Below, one piece after another: positions 60,021 through 64,000 of a DNA stretch of 64,000 nucleotides. Location of the stretch: contig OY776510.1 of NCBI GenBank assembly GCA_963675665.1, forward strand, positions 3,872,001 to 3,936,000. The letters are read 5' to 3'. The stretch is from Spirochaetia bacterium (GTDB lineage: Bacteria > Spirochaetota > Spirochaetia > UBA9216). Under the pieces are notes generated by a model that had not been told where the DNA came from, did not search any database, and was given only the letters and a program-made list of their open reading frames with translations. Position 1 is the first letter of the stretch. The number at the start of each line of letters is the position of its first letter. Made by a program: the position numbers and the translations under genes.

Positions 60021-61685
60021 ATGATTGTTTACCGATTTCTTACAGTACTGATTATTCTTTGCCTGCTGCCGCTGACAGTTTTCGCCGCCCCTGATTTCTT
60101 TTCCGATACAGATGACGAGTTACTGCTTAAGCAGCTTTTATCCGAAATGTCCGATGAACAGCTTCTTGCCCAGATGATGCTTCTGGGTTATATGGGAGAC
60201 GCTCCGACCGCTGAAATACTGGACTGGATTTCAGAAAAAGAAATCGGCGGCATCAAGATTTTCGGCTGGAACGTCAGCAGCACCGCCAATCTTGCGTCTA
60301 ACATAGCCAGAATGCAGCGCCAGAGCCAGCAGACCGGGATGAAAATTCCATTGTTCATTGCAACCGACCAGGAAGGCGGCTGGGTCAGACACATCCATAC
60401 CGGAACATCCGAAACCTCGGGCAACATGTCTCTTGCGGCCAGCCGGATTCCCGCCGATTCGTTTAAGACCGGTTACTATATAGGCATGGAACTTCATGCG
60501 CTCGGAATAAACATGAATTTTGCCCCGACTGTGGATGTCTATTCCAATCCCGAAGCTCATGTTATCGGACCCCGCGCATTCAGCGATGATCCCCGGCTTG
60601 CGGCGCTTCTGGCCTCGGCATGGTACAAGGGAATGGACAGCGCGGGCATCATCTGCACGGCGAAACATTTTCCGGGGCATGGAGACGCCGACAAGGACTC
60701 TCACGGTGCCCTTCCGATTATCAGCGCTGATATCGAAACCCTCTGGGAAAGGGACCTTCTGCCGTACAGATACCTCGTCAAGGAAAACATTCCCGCTATC
60801 ATGTCGGGCCATCTCGCGTTTCCGAATGTAACCGGCAGCGAAATTCCGGCCAGCCTTTCGCCGATATTTCTTGGCGATGTCCTTCGTGAACGGATTGGTT
60901 TTAAAGGTCTGATAATTACTGACGATCTTATGATGAACGGCGTTCAGCTTCTTCCCATTAATACCGCCGAAATCTGTAAAGCTGCCATTGATGCCGGAAA
61001 CGATATTATCCTTATTTCGAGAACAGCGGAAATACAGCAGAAAGTCTGGATTTACCTGACCGAACAGCTGAGAATCGATTCCGAATTCAGGCAAAGAGTC
61101 AGGGAATCCGCAGAGAGGGTTCTCAGGGCAAAATTAAAATATCTTAAACCTGAAACCGCAGTTCCGCTTTTTCCGGATCCCGAAGCTGTCAGGAAACTTG
61201 TACCTGACCAGGACGGCGAATCGTTCTTCTTTGATCAGGCGCTGCGAAGTACAACCGTTATTCGAAACTCCGGCGACGACGGGCTTACTCCGTCGGGCAG
61301 GATTCTTCTGGCCGGTCAGCTTGAACGTTTTTTCAGCGCTGGTCTGAAAGAATTTCCTGAAGCCGATACATTCAGGTTTGACTACAGCCCTTTTTATTCA
61401 GCATCCGATTCTGTAAAAAACCGGCTTGCGCGAACCGTTGAAAATTACGATACGGTTATTTACTGCCTTGCAAATCCCAACAGCGCTGAAGTCCTTGAAT
61501 CAATAAGCGGCACAGACACCAAAATAATCGTTTTATCTGTCCTGACGCCCGTTTACCTGAGAGAAATGCCCTGGATCGAGAATGCTGTAGCCGTTTACGG
61601 AGTTTCAACCGATTCGTTCACTGCAGGATTTGCAGCCCTCGGCGGAAAAATACAGCCGCAGGGCAGTCTTCCAATAAAATTCTGA
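60021..61685 (+). CDS. nagZ: GH3 beta-N-acetylhexosaminidase
   Basis: DQEGG, NFAPTVD, KHFPGHG....DSH, ITDDL.M; signal peptide. Confidence 0.9.
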   Translation: MIVYRFLTVLIILCLLPLTVFAAPDFFSDTDDELLLKQLLSEMSDEQLLAQMMLLGYMGDAPTAEILDWISEKEIGGIKIFGWNVSSTANLASNIARMQRQSQQTGMKIPLFIATDQEGGWVRHIHTGTSETSGNMSLAASRIPADSFKTGYYIGMELHALGINMNFAPTVDVYSNPEAHVIGPRAFSDDPRLAALLASAWYKGMDSAGIICTAKHFPGHGDADKDSHGALPIISADIETLWERDLLPYRYLVKENIPAIMSGHLAFPNVTGSEIPASLSPIFLGDVLRERIGFKGLIITDDLMMNGVQLLPINTAEICKAAIDAGNDIILISRTAEIQQKVWIYLTEQLRIDSEFRQRVRESAERVLRAKLKYLKPETAVPLFPDPEAVRKLVPDQDGESFFFDQALRSTTVIRNSGDDGLTPSGRILLAGQLERFFSAGLKEFPEADTFRFDYSPFYSASDSVKNRLARTVENYDTVIYCLANPNSAEVLESISGTDTKIIVLSVLTPVYLREMPWIENAVAVYGVSTDSFTAGFAALGGKIQPQGSLPIKF

Positions 61686-61706
61686 TTAACAGTATGGAGA
61701 AAGCCG

Positions 61707-62627
61707 TTGTTAAATTTCATATTAAAAAACAGAAGTCCCGGGAGATGGCGGAGGGTCAGTTCTTCAGGCATAGATGAGCTTGTTACGTTTCTTTCGGATT
61801 ATGAATATTCCTGCGTGCCTTTTACTTCTCGATTGGGAATTAAGGGAACAGAAGCGGCGTCCCGTCAATTCAACAGCAATATAATTTATTCCGAATACGT
61901 AAACGGCCGGATTGCAAGCGCTTTGCTTTTGGCGCCGGACGGTATAACGTGCCCGGTTTTTTCAGACTCCAGCTCAACGGATGAGCTGCCCGGGATAATC
62001 TCGGGTTTGTCATATTCCAAAAAACAGTACATTACTCTTATGGGATTATCGGAAAACGTTAAAAGAATTGAAAAACTTTTCGGCGGCAGAAACCGTATTT
62101 CGGTAGATTATGATTTGCTCACTGCTGAAGCGTCTGAAGTTGCTTTAACGGTAGATGCATATCTTGAAAAAAAGGACAGAAAATACCTGAAAAACTTCAG
62201 TATCCGCAAGGCTGAAATTACGGATCTTGATTATCTTATGCCGCTTCGAAAAGCTTATGAAATTGAAGAGGTAATTCTCAAACCTGAAAATTTCAACGAA
62301 ACTGCATGCAGGCAGCGTTTCAGCCGGACCATTAAAAAACAGACGGTTTTTTACGCTGAAACAGACAATTCGGCTGCGGCAACCTGCTGTATAAATGCCG
62401 AAGGAGTCAACTGGTCGCAAATTGGCGGTGTATTTACAAAACCCGAATACCGTGGAAAAGGTCTTTCTGCCGTTCTCATGTCCGGCATTGCCGAATCATG
62501 CGCTGAAAGAAAAAAAGACGTAACACTATTCGTAAAAAAGAATAACCTGCCGGCATTAAAACTTTATTCCAACTGCGGGTTTGTGAAAAAAGGCGAATTC
62601 AGGATAAGCTACCTGGAAAGCAGGTAA
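61707..62627 (+). CDS. GNAT family acetyltransferase (C-terminal GNAT domain)
   Basis: QIGGVFTKPEYRGKG, LFVKKNN.PA.KLY..CGF. Confidence 0.85.
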   Translation: MLNFILKNRSPGRWRRVSSSGIDELVTFLSDYEYSCVPFTSRLGIKGTEAASRQFNSNIIYSEYVNGRIASALLLAPDGITCPVFSDSSSTDELPGIISGLSYSKKQYITLMGLSENVKRIEKLFGGRNRISVDYDLLTAEASEVALTVDAYLEKKDRKYLKNFSIRKAEITDLDYLMPLRKAYEIEEVILKPENFNETACRQRFSRTIKKQTVFYAETDNSAAATCCINAEGVNWSQIGGVFTKPEYRGKGLSAVLMSGIAESCAERKKDVTLFVKKNNLPALKLYSNCGFVKKGEFRISYLESR

Positions 62628-62989
62628 TCTACTATTATCCTGTCTGATTTCGGAAATTCTAATGAGCCAAGCATTGAAATATCTACCCATTTTATTTCCT
62701 GGTGTTCGGTTAATGTGTAATCTTCATTATCAAGCAGGATACTGTAAGCGAAAAGTCTGTATTTCTTTAAACCGTTACTGAAGGTACCTTCGCACAGCTT
62801 GTCTTTCACCGAAACAGACAACCCCAGCTCTTCCTCGTATTCACGTTTCAGAGCTTCCTCAGGGCTTTCGCCGGCTTCAAGCTTGCCTCCGGGAAATTCC
62901 CATTTTACGCCTATGCTTGTTCCCGGCTTTCTCAGCCCTATAAGTACTTTTCCAGCCTTTTCAGCAACGCCGGCTACAGAAATATTCAT
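62609..62989 (-). CDS. NUDIX hydrolase (MutT/NudG-like)
   Basis: WEFPGGKLEAGESPEEALKREYEEELG. Confidence 0.93.
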   Translation of the reverse strand: MNISVAGVAEKAGKVLIGLRKPGTSIGVKWEFPGGKLEAGESPEEALKREYEEELGLSVSVKDKLCEGTFSNGLKKYRLFAYSILLDNEDYTLTEHQEIKWVDISMLGSLEFPKSDRIIVDYLLSR

Positions 62990-62998
62990 ACAAGTCTG

Positions 62999-63400
62999 TC
63001 AGAGAAGAAGAACCCTCGGAAAAATAAAATGAAGAACACCGAAGATAACCGCGGCGACGCCTATAAACGAGCTGTTCCGTGCAAAGAAATCATTCAATTT
63101 CTCGCTGGCGCCTGCTTCCGAACGATCTTTGTAATAATCAAGAGTCAGTGCAATACCGACAGCGATATTTGCCAGAGCAGGAATAAGATCTCCTGCAACG
63201 GGAACATCCATCGAAGATAGAAGTTTCAAAATACCGACGATAAAGGACAGTATGCCGACGACGATTTTTAAAGTTGTTCGGCCTTCGAAAAATTCGGTAA
63301 AAATTCTGAAACCGCTAATTCGTTCTACCATGGTTTCAGAAGCAAGTCCGAAACCGCCGAGAAGATTCAATAAAATCGACAGAAAATAAATTTGTACCAT
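62999..63400 (-). CDS. Hypothetical membrane protein
   Basis: Four hydrophobic segments; AGGAGG/GAGG RBS. Confidence 0.8.
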   Translation of the reverse strand: MVQIYFLSILLNLLGGFGLASETMVERISGFRIFTEFFEGRTTLKIVVGILSFIVGILKLLSSMDVPVAGDLIPALANIAVGIALTLDYYKDRSEAGASEKLNDFFARNSSFIGVAAVIFGVLHFIFPRVLLL

Positions 63401-63518
63401 AAAATGCCTCTACCTCCTTTGAATTCTCTACATTTAAAGATTATATCAAACCTTCTTTATGGTCAACTCAAATATCTCTTTTTATAAATATGATGCCTGA
63501 TTGTTATTTTTTCTGTTC

Positions 63519-63574
63519 TTGACAATTTAAAGTTTATCATTTAGGATTACAAGGTAAATACACACGTGTGTATT
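63519..63574 (+). promoter_or_regulatory. Sigma70 promoter with LacI-type operator
   Basis: TTGACA-N17-TAGGAT, followed by the perfect 18-bp palindrome AATACACACGTGTGTATT (63557-63574). Confidence 0.8.
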
Positions 63575-63597
63575 GCTCTATGAACTGGAGACGGACA

Positions 63598-64000
63598 ATG
63601 GGAAAAAGAATGACAATAAAAGATCTCGCCGAAATTGCAGGAGTTGATCATTCCACCGTTTCCAGGGCGCTGAACAACAGCCCGAGGGTGCAGGAAGCAA
63701 CCAGGCTTAAAATCATGGAACTGGCCCGGAAGCATAATTTCCAGTTTAACGCAAGTGCGCGCTCGCTCAGCAGCAGAAGAACAGGCGTAATCGGAATTAT
63801 ATACCCGGCCGGCATGGAAGATTTTTACAGCTCGCTTTATACCAACAGGCTTTTCATGGACCTGCGGAAAGAGCTCGAAAACTATCAGCTGGACGGAATT
63901 CTCCTGTCTGCGCTTCATCCTGTAAACGGCGAAAGCAATATCGAGCGGTTGATAAGACAGAATAAAGTCGACGGGTTTCTTATTTTTCACGGCAGCATAT
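63598..64000 (+). CDS. LacI family transcriptional regulator (runs off the window edge)
   Basis: MGKRMTIKDLAEIAGVDHSTVSRALN...NASARSL; GGAG RBS. Confidence 0.93.
   Translation, partial: MGKRMTIKDLAEIAGVDHSTVSRALNNSPRVQEATRLKIMELARKHNFQFNASARSLSSRRTGVIGIIYPAGMEDFYSSLYTNRLFMDLRKELENYQLDGILLSALHPVNGESNIERLIRQNKVDGFLIFHGSI

Noticed and set aside
63547-63990. 147-aa minus-strand ORF
   Set aside because: Antisense shadow of the LacI gene on the plus strand.
1-64000. tRNA or rRNA genes
   Set aside because: None recognised by eye; tRNAscan and barrnap were not run.

Overview
This looks like spirochaete-type chromosomal DNA (inferred from lipoprotein signals and gene content; not confirmed by any search). 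Both ends carry ordinary transport, metabolic and regulatory genes, and a large accessory region lies between them (about 19-54 kb). Main results: (1) An integron-like cassette array spans 34.6-51.9 kb. It has five ~146-149 nt attC-like sites, an attI-like site and no integrase in the window. Its cassettes are unusually large, AT-rich and look like phage-defence genes (PHP-ATPase, metallophosphoesterase-STAND NTPase, ABC/SMC-like ATPase); one carries a class D beta-lactamase-like lipoprotein. Each cassette has its own ~20-25 bp terminal inverted repeat and conserved CANGGAY hairpins. IS66 and IS481 insertions have clear target duplications. (2) The cassette after the last attC is a diversity-generating retroelement module: an FGE/CLec lipoprotein target, a VR/TR pair (21 of 30 mismatches at TR adenines) and hairpins, but no RT or avd. 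(3) Eroded cassette-end relics extend to about 23.9 kb, and several junctions fall exactly at TAAC. (4) A Moco-type riboswitch precedes an AmrS-like radical SAM fusion and a type II ABC importer; a NiCo-like riboswitch precedes a CDF transporter; an unassigned structured leader precedes a saccharopine-dehydrogenase-family gene. All calls come from reading the sequence and the ORF track; no database search or folding program was run.
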